In this document: piece by piece, positions 42,512-51,338 of the stretch
Position numbering within the stretch: the stretch's first letter is position 1
Layout of the letters: the number at the start of each line of letters is the position of its first letter
Assembly: GCA_963754925.1 (NCBI GenBank)
Contig: CAVWHX010000006.1
Span: forward strand, 64,001 to 128,000
DNA: 64,000 nt
DNA from: an uncultured delta proteobacterium
Lineage (GTDB): Bacteria > Myxococcota > B64-G9
Direction: 5' to 3'
Notes under the pieces: generated by a model
Databases searched by the model: none
Seen by the model: only the letters and a program-made list of their open reading frames with translations
Told to the model about the DNA's origin: nothing
Program-made: the position numbers and the translations under genes

Positions 42512-43364
42512 ACCTGATGATTCCATCTCTGAAAATAGACTTTTTCGTTCCTTTCTGAAGATACTCAACGACTCCAATCAGCTCTTTAGAAAAATCAATT
42601 TCAATTGGCTCCATGATGGGTTTGGATAAGGAATATTCGATCTTGTAACCTAAAAGTTTCAGCCTTATATCCCTATGATAAATAAAAGCATTCTTGAAGT
42701 TTTTTGATTTCTCGAAAACCCCATATTCTTTTCCATCTAGAGGTGACAGTTTGCTCGCGAGGTCACGAAGAGAGTATTTTTCGCCTCCATCTATATCATC
42801 GATGAATATTTCATTATTAAGACCTGCAATCCTGAACGGCTGAGATGTGTTGATGTCTGTGTTTTCTTTGATCCATTCACCATCCAAGAATGGTTCAAAT
42901 TTATGTATGTGTGCTGGCATGCACAAATGCATATTTATACATATTTTCTTAATTAGCGGCGTCCCGTCAGAATCTGTCCAGTCGGAATCGTTTTGTTCAC
43001 GAACTACTAGCAGATCAATTTTGTTCTGGTCAGCTTTTGTTTTTGCACCTGACTGATAGCCTTTCTTGGTTGCAAAAACGGCTTTTAGGCCGGGTATATC
43101 TCTTATTTTTCCGATTAGTGCGTCAATTTTTTCCACGGACACATTAGAGTTGTAGTCCTTGCATTCAATTACAGTTTTATAGGTTAGGCCGCCCAGTTCA
43201 TATTCCCAGTAAATATCAAATTGCCTTTCGATTCCGCAATTATCCAAAATCTTTTTATCGACTTCGACTGTAATATTTTTCTGCGTAGTTATATTTTCAG
43301 CATTTATTAGTGCTTGCTGAAGCTTTGCTACAAAGAGCTCATATTCTTTTCCTTTGTTAACCAT
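42510..43364 (-). CDS. Restriction endonuclease-like protein (Mrr_cat / PD-(D/E)xK)
   Basis: GKEYE, RQFDIY, IECKDY, GYQSGA; AT-rich; no methyltransferase adjacent. Confidence 0.8.
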   Translation of the reverse strand: MVNKGKEYELFVAKLQQALINAENITTQKNITVEVDKKILDNCGIERQFDIYWEYELGGLTYKTVIECKDYNSNVSVEKIDALIGKIRDIPGLKAVFATKKGYQSGAKTKADQNKIDLLVVREQNDSDWTDSDGTPLIKKICINMHLCMPAHIHKFEPFLDGEWIKENTDINTSQPFRIAGLNNEIFIDDIDGGEKYSLRDLASKLSPLDGKEYGVFEKSKNFKNAFIYHRDIRLKLLGYKIEYSLSKPIMEPIEIDFSKELIGVVEYLQKGTKKSIFRDGIIR

Positions 43365-43394
43365 TCTTGTGCTCACTGGATAGTTAATTGAGAA

Positions 43395-43656
43395 AGATAG
43401 CAAGTCATTCCATAGTTTCTGTATAGCTCCACGACATCAGAAGGTCCTCTGGTTTTAAACTCGGCGACTGGTTCTCCATTTTGCGGGTGTACAATGGCCT
43501 ATTCCCTCCCCGTGTTGTCCAATCATGCTGTTTTCTTAATAATATGCTTTGCATAAACTTCTGCCAAGTTTTGTTCCCATCTTTTTGCCTGTCAATTTGT
43601 TTGGAAGGATATCCCGTTTCAGGAGAACACCAGATGCGGATTTGGGTGGGTAGGGG
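43395..43656 (-). repeat. attI-like + promoter + MRIW-stub module, copy 1
   Basis: Aligns with 44989, 45925, 50338; ends GGAATGACTT-GCTATCT; TTGGCA-17-TATTAT at 43539-43567; AGGAG...ATGCGGATTTGG on plus strand. Confidence 0.85.
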
Positions 43657-43667
43657 ATTGCTTCAAT

Positions 43668-44426
43668 TCAATGGCCTTGTTTTGCGGCTCGTTGTGGGAA
43701 GATAAAAATGCATACCACCATGAACACGAGAAGAACAGCTGATGCTAAGTAGCGACTTAACGCTAACCCACCAGCGCTAACGGGCTTGTCAAGGAGATCA
43801 CCGACCACAGCGCCAAGCGGTCGCGTAAGAATGAATGCTGTCCAGAAGAGCATGGTGCGGGATATTCTCGTCCAGTAGTACGCTGCAACAACGAATACCA
43901 GCAGAGCACTAAACACTAACGCACCTCCACGGTAACCAAGGCCAGCCGTATCTGCCGTCCAATCGCCAAGTGCGGTACCTAAGGTCTGGGAAAACATAAT
44001 CGTCACCCAATAGAACATCTCCGCCTTTGGTGAACTCACGGTATTAACTGATACTGAGCCGAGGGAGCGATGCCAGATGAATAATGACGCCATCAGAAGA
44101 GTGAACAGAAGCAACGTGCCACCGGGATAGCCAATACCAAGAGAACGGTCTGCTAAGTCGGCCAACGTTGTGCCTACCGTCGTTGTGGCAACAATCGTCG
44201 TCCAGTACAAAATCGGGTGAAATCGCTTTGCGGAAATCTGAGCGATGACAGCGACTGCAAAAATTATCGCAAAAATCGCCGTGCCAACGAGATAGCCTAA
44301 ATTCATCGACATGGACACGGCGTCTCCGCCGGTCTCCCCCAGCGTGGTGGCTGCTATTTTGATGATCCAGAAGATAAGCGTTACCTCTGGAACCTTGCTT
44401 AAGTTCTCATCTCTTGTTGTGTTCAT
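43668..44426 (-). CDS. COG4705 / DUF347 membrane protein (gene cassette)
   Basis: SKVPEVT, ATTLGETGGD, GTTLAD, GTALGD, LTRPLGA; starts just after an attC. Confidence 0.85.
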   Translation of the reverse strand: MNTTRDENLSKVPEVTLIFWIIKIAATTLGETGGDAVSMSMNLGYLVGTAIFAIIFAVAVIAQISAKRFHPILYWTTIVATTTVGTTLADLADRSLGIGYPGGTLLLFTLLMASLFIWHRSLGSVSVNTVSSPKAEMFYWVTIMFSQTLGTALGDWTADTAGLGYRGGALVFSALLVFVVAAYYWTRISRTMLFWTAFILTRPLGAVVGDLLDKPVSAGGLALSRYLASAVLLVFMVVCIFIFPQRAAKQGH

Positions 44427-44460
44427 TTCGTCCTCACAGTTCAACTCATAAATCTGTAAC

Positions 44461-44525
44461 GGATAACGAAAAGCTCAGCCGGAGCGGCCCAAGGGGCCGC
44501 GATCGGCTGTAGCGGCGGGTTCGGC
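44461..44525 (-). other. Integron attC site (65 bp)
   Basis: GCCGAAC-CCGCCGCTACAGCCGATCGCGGCCCCTTGGGCCGCTCCGGCTGAGCTTTTC-GTTATCC: R''/L''/L'/R' palindrome. Confidence 0.85.
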
Positions 44526-44582
44526 AATTCCTGTCGTGATCTACACTTGTTATAGGAATTGCAGAAATCATGCAATTGTGTT

Positions 44583-44954
44583 TCACCAAGTTTGAGTGGC
44601 AGATTCAATTGTAACGGCCAAGGTGGCACGTAGCCAACTGAACTTCTCTTTCATGAAGTCAAAATCAGGACCGGACGTCACGAACTTTGCCTTTCCCTTG
44701 ATCAAGAAACCGGCACCCGCTCCATGCAGGCCCTCAACCTTACTGCTTCCCAAGGTAATCAAAACATCCGGGTTGTGGGTAATGTTAGCCTCCGTCTTGT
44801 GCATGTAACCTGCGGGGATAAATAGCCGTTCATCTTGCGATATTCTGAGGTAGCTATTCCAAGTATTGACCATGTGGGGCCCATCAGGTCCCAGGGTGGC
44901 GATGGCAACAATTCCGTCCTTCTTCATTATTTCTTTCAGTTTCTCAGGGATCAT
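44583..44954 (-). CDS. FMN-binding split-barrel protein (pyridoxamine 5'-phosphate oxidase family; gene cassette)
   Basis: GIVAIAT, PHMVNTWNSY, IPAG, TEAN, GAGFLIKG. Confidence 0.87.
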   Translation of the reverse strand: MIPEKLKEIMKKDGIVAIATLGPDGPHMVNTWNSYLRISQDERLFIPAGYMHKTEANITHNPDVLITLGSSKVEGLHGAGAGFLIKGKAKFVTSGPDFDFMKEKFSWLRATLAVTIESATQTW

Positions 44955-44988
44955 CGTGTGTTCCTCCTATTGCTTGGTTTGTTATTGT

Positions 44989-45170
44989 GCCGAACAAGTT
45001 ATTCTGCAGGTCTGCATAGTATCAAATCCAGGGAGATATGCAGAAAGTTAAAAGCAGAATAAGTTTTATTCCCTTCTTTTTGCCTTTCATGTTGTTTGGA
45101 AGGATATTCTATTTCAGGAGAACTTCAGATGCGGATTTGGGAGGGGTGTGTGTCTGACTCCTATTACTTT
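44989..45170 (-). repeat. attI-like module, copy 2 (shorter interior)
   Basis: Ends AGAATAACTT-GTTCGGC; conserved ggaaggatat..tttcaggagaac..cagatgcggatttggg; junction gtctgactcctattacttt. Confidence 0.85.
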
Positions 45171-45391
45171 CACGACCACCATTTTCCGACGAAACCTATT
45201 GTGATAATAACCGCGGCGATGATAATGCCGACCATGCCGAATATTCGAACCTGTCGGCTGCAATCTTTACAGACCGCAGAAGGCCACCACGGTATCTTCA
45301 TAATGAAAAGAAAGCCGATGTTTGCCAACCAGCCGACTTCGCCTCGCTCATCATCCGATTTCTCTTTTCCACAATTACGGCAAGTAAACAT
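45170..45391 (-). CDS. Small membrane protein with two CxxC motifs (cassette)
   Basis: CRNC, CKDC, TM segments; lies after an attC remnant. Confidence 0.65.
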   Translation of the reverse strand: MFTCRNCGKEKSDDERGEVGWLANIGFLFIMKIPWWPSAVCKDCSRQVRIFGMVGIIIAAVIITIGFVGKWWS

Positions 45392-45392
45392 G

Positions 45393-45436
45393 GCAAAGCC
45401 CTCAGTGCAGCCGTCCGCGTGAAGCGAGGGTTAGGT
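45393..45436 (-). other. attC remnant
   Basis: ACCTAAC CCTCGCTTCAC start; R'' complements the GTTAGGT at 45925-45931. Confidence 0.55.
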
Positions 45437-45445
45437 TGCTCACGA

Positions 45446-45905
45446 CTATTTTTCATTTCTGATGCGAGCTTCTATTTCAACGAGGCTCATTGCAACCCGC
45501 CTTCCACTTGCCAGCGGCCCCTGATGTAGCACGAGCGCGACCCCGATCATGCTCGGAGCGAGCGGCCCGCTACCGGTCTTGTTAAACTTGTGACCTTAGG
45601 TAGACGCTATTTTTGTAGGCATAGCGAATAAACGGCCATGCAGCCTCGGTAGCCGACGCCTGATCCGGTGGCACCGAGGTGACTGGAACTTCAATAGTGA
45701 ATTGAAAGCCCGATGGGAGGTCGAGGTAATACGTGGCATCAATATTTCTTGACGCTCCATCAATCACCCATGACTGAGCCCCGGCCATGGCGATCGGATT
45801 AAAGCCCTTTGATGCAACTGTAGACGGGCTACCACAGCGAGCCTGACATGAGGCAATACTGGTAGTAAGCGCAATGCAGAGCAAAAATCGAAGTATGCTA
45901 CGCAT
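45446..45905 (-). CDS. Hypothetical exported/lipoprotein cassette, probably frameshifted near 45584
   Basis: Signal-like N-terminus (SIASC); removing one base extends the frame to a TAG at 45446 next to the attC. Confidence 0.55.
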
Positions 45906-45924
45906 AGAACCGAACTTTCCTACT

Positions 45925-46196
45925 ACCTAACAAGGTATTCTCTTGTTTCCGTATAGCTCCACGCCTTTTTGCCGGTTCTCCATTTTGCAAGCATGCGATG
46001 GAAAATTCCCTAGCCGTATCGTCCAATCATTCTGTTTTTTCTTAAGAATATGCCCAGCATAAACTCCTGCCAAGTTTTGTTCCCTTCTTTTTGCCTATCA
46101 TGTTGTTTGGAAGGATATCCCGTTTAAGGAGAACTCCAGATGCGGATGTAGATGGGTGGTTGTGCCAAGTGTCAGGGGTCTGATCCCTATTACTTT
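45925..46196 (-). repeat. attI-like module, copy 3
   Basis: Ends AGAATACCTT-GTTAGGT; TTGGCA-17-TATTCT at 46045-46073; junction ggggtctgatccctattacttt. Confidence 0.87.
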
Positions 46197-46200
46197 TCTC

Positions 46201-46461
46201 TCAGATGATTCTCCCACCGCAGTTTCGGCAAATCCGGTTGGGCCAGCCTCTGTAAATGAACCGCCGCACGAAGTATGCCGACTTGCCGCAATGGGGACAC
46301 CGTATCAATAAGAAGTTTAGAGTTCCTGTGATGATCATCCACAAGAGAATTAATAGCAACGCTTCATCGCCCAGTAGCTTTGTTACCCAAATCGTCAGGA
46401 GCGTCATCCCGACTACCATCCAAAGAGCAATGAGGAGCCAGAATTTAGCGCGAACGGTCAT
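46201..46461 (-). CDS. Small membrane protein with C-terminal zinc ribbon (cassette)
   Basis: Two TM helices, CPHC and CRNC; follows attC. Confidence 0.7.
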   Translation of the reverse strand: MTVRAKFWLLIALWMVVGMTLLTIWVTKLLGDEALLLILLWMIITGTLNFLLIRCPHCGKSAYFVRRFIYRGWPNRICRNCGGRII

Positions 46462-46507
46462 ATAGAATTATCGCCCAGTCCATGTAGTGACCAATGAGTG
46501 GAAGCGT

Positions 46508-46566
46508 GCTTAACGCAAAGCTCAACCGCGCGAAGTACAAGCGTCGGCGGTAGGTTCATGTTGGTG
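46508..46566 (-). other. attC site of the higBA cassette
   Basis: CACCAAC ... CGCCGACGCT ... CGCGGTTGAGCTTTGC-GTTAAGC; overlaps higA 3' end. Confidence 0.7.
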
Positions 46567-46860
46567 CGCATGTGCGGACCAAGGTTTAATCTTCTTGAGC
46601 GATGGGCCAAGCGTGCGCTCTGCAACCTCAGTATCGTGGGCGGCCTGAGCGCGCAACCAATAGCCCTTGGATAGACCAAAGAACCGACACAACCGTAGAT
46701 CGGTATCAGCGGTGATCGAGCGCTTTCCCGCTACAATCTCGCTGATACGTTGAGCGGGAACGCCAATTTCCTTGGCCAAACGGTACTGGCTGATAGACAT
46801 AGGTTTTAGAAACTCTTCCAAGAGGATCTCGCCTGGCGTAATAGGTTCGAGCTTGCTCAT
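46522..46860 (-). CDS. higA: HigA antitoxin
   Basis: PGEILLEEFL, SQYRLA, RISEIVAGKRSITADT, YWLRAQ. Confidence 0.93.
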   Translation of the reverse strand: MSKLEPITPGEILLEEFLKPMSISQYRLAKEIGVPAQRISEIVAGKRSITADTDLRLCRFFGLSKGYWLRAQAAHDTEVAERTLGPSLKKIKPWSAHAHQHEPTADACTSRG

Positions 46861-46872
46861 AATGGATTCTCC

Positions 46873-47151
46873 TCAGTGGTAATCAACTATTTCAACATCC
46901 TCTGCACCAACATTCGTCCAACGAAAGCAGACACGCCACTGATCGTTGATGCGAATGCTGTATTGACCCAAACGATCACCCTTGAGTGCTTCAAGGTGAT
47001 TGCCGAGCGGCACCCTCAGATCATCGAGTCGACCGGCGATTTCGAGCTGTCTGAGTTTGCGACGCGCGACCTTGGCGATATTCGCGAACCGCCTGACACC
47101 CTGACCTTTTGAAAGCGCCTCGGTGTTTTCGCATTTGAATGATCTGATCAT
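46873..47151 (-). CDS. higB: HigB (RelE/ParE) toxin
   Basis: MIRSFK, DLRVP.GNHLEAL.GDR.GQYSIRINDQWRVCF, EIVDYH. Confidence 0.93.
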   Translation of the reverse strand: MIRSFKCENTEALSKGQGVRRFANIAKVARRKLRQLEIAGRLDDLRVPLGNHLEALKGDRLGQYSIRINDQWRVCFRWTNVGAEDVEIVDYH

Positions 47152-47159
47152 GCTGTACA

Positions 47160-47188
47160 ATAATAACGCATCTCGTGAGTAACGTCAA
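47160..47188 (-). promoter_or_regulatory. higBA promoter
   Basis: TTGACG-17 nt-TATTAT just upstream of higB. Confidence 0.6.
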
Positions 47189-47224
47189 GCGTGATTATCA
47201 GGAGGCCAAATAACAGAACTTAAC

Positions 47225-47260
47225 TCTTTTTGCCTGTCATGTTGTTTGGAGGGATATCCT
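47225..47260 (-). repeat. attI-like module, internal fragment (copy 4)
   Basis: tctttttgcctgtcatgttgtttggagggatatcc matches the module core. Confidence 0.8.
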
Positions 47261-47271
47261 AATCCTCACTA

Positions 47272-48060
47272 TTAACATTTTGGCTCTGGTACAGCTTCTA
47301 TTATCCTGTCAATCGTATGCTGCAGCCTGTTATAATGGCTGCCTTTCCAGTATATCCTTCCACATGAATTGCAGAAGTAAAACTCGCTGCACCATACGAG
47401 TACGCCCTCAGGAATACGATGCTTCTCCTGCTTAAACCGTGCACCGGTAACAGAAAGGGGCTCAAGCATGCCGTTGCACTCGATACAGCGGGTAAACGGC
47501 CTTATCGATGACCACAGGTCAAGCCGGGTAAGCACCTCCAGCACCTGTTTTTCCGCATCGGTATTCCTGATGATACATCCCCTTTCCACCATTTTTCGTT
47601 TCAGAAGCTGACGGTCACGGGTAAGCAGAATGCGTTTTTCCCGATGAGAGATTTCTGTAAGCTCCCGGTCATACCGGTGTTCCCGGTAGTCCACGTCAAA
47701 TCCCAGTAGCCGCAGACGCCGTGCCAGCTTGTGAAGATGCACGTCCAGGATGAAACGTGACTCTCGGAGCACCCCGGGCCGAAGCCGGGTAACGTCGGAT
47801 ACATTAAATCTCTCGAATTCAGGGTACACGCTTATGCGATCCCCCGCCTGTATGATATAGGAAAAATCAACGGACTCCCCGTTCACCAGAATAAGGTCAA
47901 CCGCAACCCGGGGAACACCCAGCGACTCGACCAGGTCCTGTACCGATCGCCGGTCTGTGCTTTCAACAACCATATCCTTCTTTCTCGTCTCCTCGGGAAG
48001 AAGGTAGTCGTTCAGCTCTTCGTAAAACCGTATGGTCACCGTGTACGGCCGGCAGGTCAT
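47272..48060 (-). CDS. Ubiquitin-like + Mut7-C RNase domain protein
   Basis: RFYEELNDYL, ILVNG, FILDVHL.KLAR.LRLLG, LLTRD, RCIECNG, CNSCGRIYWKGSHY. Confidence 0.9.
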   Translation of the reverse strand: MTCRPYTVTIRFYEELNDYLLPEETRKKDMVVESTDRRSVQDLVESLGVPRVAVDLILVNGESVDFSYIIQAGDRISVYPEFERFNVSDVTRLRPGVLRESRFILDVHLHKLARRLRLLGFDVDYREHRYDRELTEISHREKRILLTRDRQLLKRKMVERGCIIRNTDAEKQVLEVLTRLDLWSSIRPFTRCIECNGMLEPLSVTGARFKQEKHRIPEGVLVWCSEFYFCNSCGRIYWKGSHYNRLQHTIDRIIEAVPEPKC

Positions 48061-48114
48061 AACAGAAAACCCGGACTTAGGAAATTCTTCCCGTATCGTT
48101 GTATCGTCGTATTT

Positions 48115-48176
48115 TCTTAACCTTTGAGCTCACCCGTTTTGCCGCGTGCAAAGTCGGGTGAAGCGCGTTGTTAGGG
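48115..48176 (-). other. Integron attC site (62 bp)
   Basis: CCCTAAC-AACGCGCTTCACCCGACTTTGCACGCGGCAAAACGGGTGAGCTCAAAG-GTTAAGA. Confidence 0.85.
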
Positions 48177-48233
48177 ATCACCTCACGAAACGGAAAATAT
48201 CGTACGTGAGTGTGCCCGGAGACCGGCGCTCCA

Positions 48234-48593
48234 TCAAGCAGCTAGCCCGAGTCTCGCTTCAACAATATCCCAGGGGACTCTCACTTTGTCTTCTTTGTTC
48301 CGATCGATGAGCCCGATTTGCTCCAAACGTTTTACATCCGTGTGAACGTTTTTGTAGTTACGTCCCAGCTTATTCGAAAGAGCGAGCACGCTCATCGGAC
48401 CCGTAGCCCGAAGGGTTTTCAATAACACCCATCGTCCATGAGTTAACGTTCTTAGAAGCGTCTCCAGGTTTTCAAAATCCAGCCACTGTTCAGCCGCCGC
48501 TCTTTCCCTTCTTTCGGCGCGCTTCCATGCCTCAATGAAACCCCTGGCGGTACTCACGGAATCACCAATTCCGATTTGAATCTTATTTTTCAT
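48234..48593 (-). CDS. HTH antitoxin-like protein (HVO_A0114-type)
   Basis: LLRTLT..R..LL, LGRNYKNVHTDVKRLE..GL; overlaps upstream toxin stop. Confidence 0.8.
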   Translation of the reverse strand: MKNKIQIGIGDSVSTARGFIEAWKRAERRERAAAEQWLDFENLETLLRTLTHGRWVLLKTLRATGPMSVLALSNKLGRNYKNVHTDVKRLEQIGLIDRNKEDKVRVPWDIVEARLGLAA

Positions 48594-48883
48594 TTGGATT
48601 CCTTTCTTGCTCTTTGGATATCTTCCAGGAAATCAGCAACCAGAGATTCCACGTCTTTGAATGGATACGCTTCTTCTTTCCCTCTTAAATGTTTGTGGTA
48701 ACCTTTATCGGCTTCATTGTCGTAACGCACGACACAGGTTCCGTCGGAAAGCCCATAATAAAGGCGATAGTTAAGGGCATGTGGTCTCTCAGCCGTACGC
48801 TTAGGAAGCTGCCAAAGAACCATTTCGCGAATAGCACCGTCGGCGTAAATGTACTTTTCGCGGTAGATAAGCCTTGCCTTCAT
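48590..48883 (-). CDS. DUF6516 / TumE-type toxin-like protein
   Basis: EMVLWQLP, YRLYYG, VRYDNE..KGYHKH, YPF, LVADF. Confidence 0.8.
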   Translation of the reverse strand: MKARLIYREKYIYADGAIREMVLWQLPKRTAERPHALNYRLYYGLSDGTCVVRYDNEADKGYHKHLRGKEEAYPFKDVESLVADFLEDIQRARKESK

Positions 48884-49041
48884 ATGGTGTATCATGCCAT
48901 ATGGTAAACTGATATTCAAGAGAAATCATATCGAGGCCAACAAAAACATGGCCGGGCCAAACATATTGCTAGCTCACCGGAAGTGCCCGTCTAACGTTCA
49001 TGTGCCGTACGCCCGCGGCGCAGGACATCTCTCTCCAAAAA

Positions 49042-50274
49042 CTATCCCTGGGTGGTGAGTTGGACGCCTCGGCGCCACACGGCGCGGATGGACAGCGTGT
49101 CGCTGATGTTGGTTGTCGGGTCGCCATCGACCAGTAGCAAGTCAGCGCGAGCCCCGGGAACAATCCGACCACGATCGGTGAGTCCGAACCGTCGCGCAGG
49201 GGTGGAGGTGGCTGCACGTAGCGCCTCGATAGGCGTCAGTCCCGCAGCGACCAGCAGCTGTAGTTCGTGGTGCAAGCTAGCACCGTGGGCGAGTCCGCCA
49301 AGGATTGGTAAAGGCTCCGACACATCACTACCCGCTAAAATATCCGCACCCGCCTGGTGGAGGGCCATAACACTGGCGTAGGCATCTTTGAGCTTTCCTT
49401 GAGGATAGACATTCATGCTTCTGGAGAGGGAGTCGAGCCACTCCTTGCTCAGTCTGGAACGTATTCGTTTGTCAGCGGCCAGCGCTGATGCGTCATTGCC
49501 AACAGCAGAGGAGATCGTCACCAGGGTAGGGATAACAAACGCGCCGGAGGATGCAATGGCAGCCACAAATTCGGAGGTGGGCTGGCGGTCAAAAAATAAG
49601 TGGGCCAACCCGTCAACTCCGGCCCCAATGGCTCGTTGCCCCCCTTCGACGGTCGTCACATGAGCGATAGCCATCTTATTAAACCTATGAGCTTCCTTCA
49701 CAGCCGCAAGAAGGGTCTCGTCATTTAGTACCGGAAGTCCGGGGAAACCGATGCAGGAGCCATCCTCAATGAAGATTTTGATGTAGTCGGCTCCTCCGGC
49801 GACCTGCTTGGCTACGAACTTAGATGCCTCGTCAGGGGTCGAGACAGATGGATAACGGAAGAAGAAACGGATAAACAAGTTACTGCTCGAATTCATATAT
49901 TGAGTTGGGTGCCCCCCTTTAGAGGTGATGCCCATCCCCGGGGAGCGCACATCTGCGATATCGTTCCGTTCAGCGATCTGTTTGCGCTGTTTAGCCGACC
50001 ATCGACCATTCATCTCCAGCTCTGTGGTGACACCAAACAACAGCGCGACATGCAGGCCGTCGAAGTCGGTATGCACATGGGAGTCAATCAGGCCCGGCAT
50101 TAAGGTTGCGCCTTGGGCGTCGATGACGGTTGCCCCGATTGGAACTACACCGCCAACAGAATGGATGTGCGCTCCATCGATCACGACTGCTTGATCGTCA
50201 ATGACGCGCTCTCCGTCGAAGACACGCGCGTTGGTAATGGCGGTGATCATGTCTGTTTGATGAATCTTCGTCAT
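49042..50274 (-). CDS. Amidohydrolase family protein (cassette)
   Basis: PGLIDSHVH, YIKI, AHV, GLAH, AGSD, GARADLLLVDGDP; start placed downstream of the attI-like site. Confidence 0.9.
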   Translation of the reverse strand: MTKIHQTDMITAITNARVFDGERVIDDQAVVIDGAHIHSVGGVVPIGATVIDAQGATLMPGLIDSHVHTDFDGLHVALLFGVTTELEMNGRWSAKQRKQIAERNDIADVRSPGMGITSKGGHPTQYMNSSSNLFIRFFFRYPSVSTPDEASKFVAKQVAGGADYIKIFIEDGSCIGFPGLPVLNDETLLAAVKEAHRFNKMAIAHVTTVEGGQRAIGAGVDGLAHLFFDRQPTSEFVAAIASSGAFVIPTLVTISSAVGNDASALAADKRIRSRLSKEWLDSLSRSMNVYPQGKLKDAYASVMALHQAGADILAGSDVSEPLPILGGLAHGASLHHELQLLVAAGLTPIEALRAATSTPARRFGLTDRGRIVPGARADLLLVDGDPTTNISDTLSIRAVWRRGVQLTTQG

Positions 50275-50337
50275 AGATTGTATTCCATAATGGGCCAATC
50301 GGTAGCTCGGCTGAGATAGTAGAACTGCCTGCATCCA

Positions 50338-50570
50338 GCCCAACAACTTATTCTATAGTTTCTGTATAACTCCACGACAGGGGAAGGTTGTCCGGTTTTC
50401 AACCTGCTAACAGACTCTCCATCCTATAAACACTCAATGATATCAACTCCTCTGCTTTCTTTCTATCATATTGTTTCCTTTATAATATTTCCTTCTTTCC
50501 GCCTATCATGCCGTTTGTAAGGATATCCTGTTTAGGGAGAACCCCCGATGCGGATTTGGGTGGGGTAGAG
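50338..50570 (-). repeat. attI-like module, copy 5
   Basis: Ends AGAATAAGTT-GTTGGGC; tagtttctgtataactccacgac; aggatatcctgtttagggagaacccccgatgcggatttgggtgggg. Confidence 0.85.
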
Positions 50571-50732
50571 TGGTCCGCCAGATCGTCATCCTCGCTCACT
50601 CTTTCGACCGCCAGATGTATTTCATGACGGTCTCCTATTCGCTTCATATGCAAGAGGGAAAAAGGAATGGGATCAGGGGTTCATCTCAGGTATGATAGTG
50701 TTCTGCTTCGCAACTATTTTCAGGGAGTATCT

Positions 50733-51320
50733 ATGGCTGGGAAAGAAAAAAAGACGGCAAAAAAAGTGATTGGAATCGTCGGAAGCCCCCGCCACGGGGG
50801 AAACACCGACATTCTTGTCGACGAGGTGCTGGCGGGCGCCCGGGAAGCGGGAGCCCGGGTGGAAAAGGTCATCCTCAACGACCTCACGATCGGCTATTGC
50901 CAGGGATGTGACCGGTGTCGAGAGGCCGGGAAATGCCACCAGGAAGATGACATGCCGCTTCTGCTTCAGAAAATGCAGGCGAGCGATGTCTGGGTTCTGG
51001 GCACGCCCGTGTACTGGTGGGGACCCTCCGCGCAGTTCAAAACGTTTCTCGACCGGTGGTACGGCGCAGGAAAGATTGTCCGGTTCCGGGATAAACAAGT
51101 CATCCTGGCGATCCCCCTGGGTGATACGAATAATGAAACCGCACGCCATCTGCTCGGAATGCTTCAGGACAGTTTTGATTATCTGAAGATGAAGATTTTT
51201 GCCTCTATTGTTGCTCTCGGCGCTTACCGATTGGGAGCGGTCCTTGAACAAAGGTCTGTCATGAATACCGCCCGGAATGCCGGGCGGGATATCATTGCGG
51301 CCGAGACACCGGGACGTTGA
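50733..51320 (+). CDS. Iron-sulfur flavoprotein / flavodoxin family protein
   Basis: GSPR.GGNT, CQGCDRC....KC, GTPVYW, KTFLDR. Confidence 0.88.
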   Translation: MAGKEKKTAKKVIGIVGSPRHGGNTDILVDEVLAGAREAGARVEKVILNDLTIGYCQGCDRCREAGKCHQEDDMPLLLQKMQASDVWVLGTPVYWWGPSAQFKTFLDRWYGAGKIVRFRDKQVILAIPLGDTNNETARHLLGMLQDSFDYLKMKIFASIVALGAYRLGAVLEQRSVMNTARNAGRDIIAAETPGR

Positions 51321-51338
51321 GCGGAAGGTTGGGTAGCG

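Noticed and set aside
43550..43567. Sigma54 promoter inside the module (TGGCAGAAGTTTATGC)
   Set aside because: GG to GC spacing is 11, not 10; a sigma70 -35/-10 reading with 17-nt spacer fits both copies better
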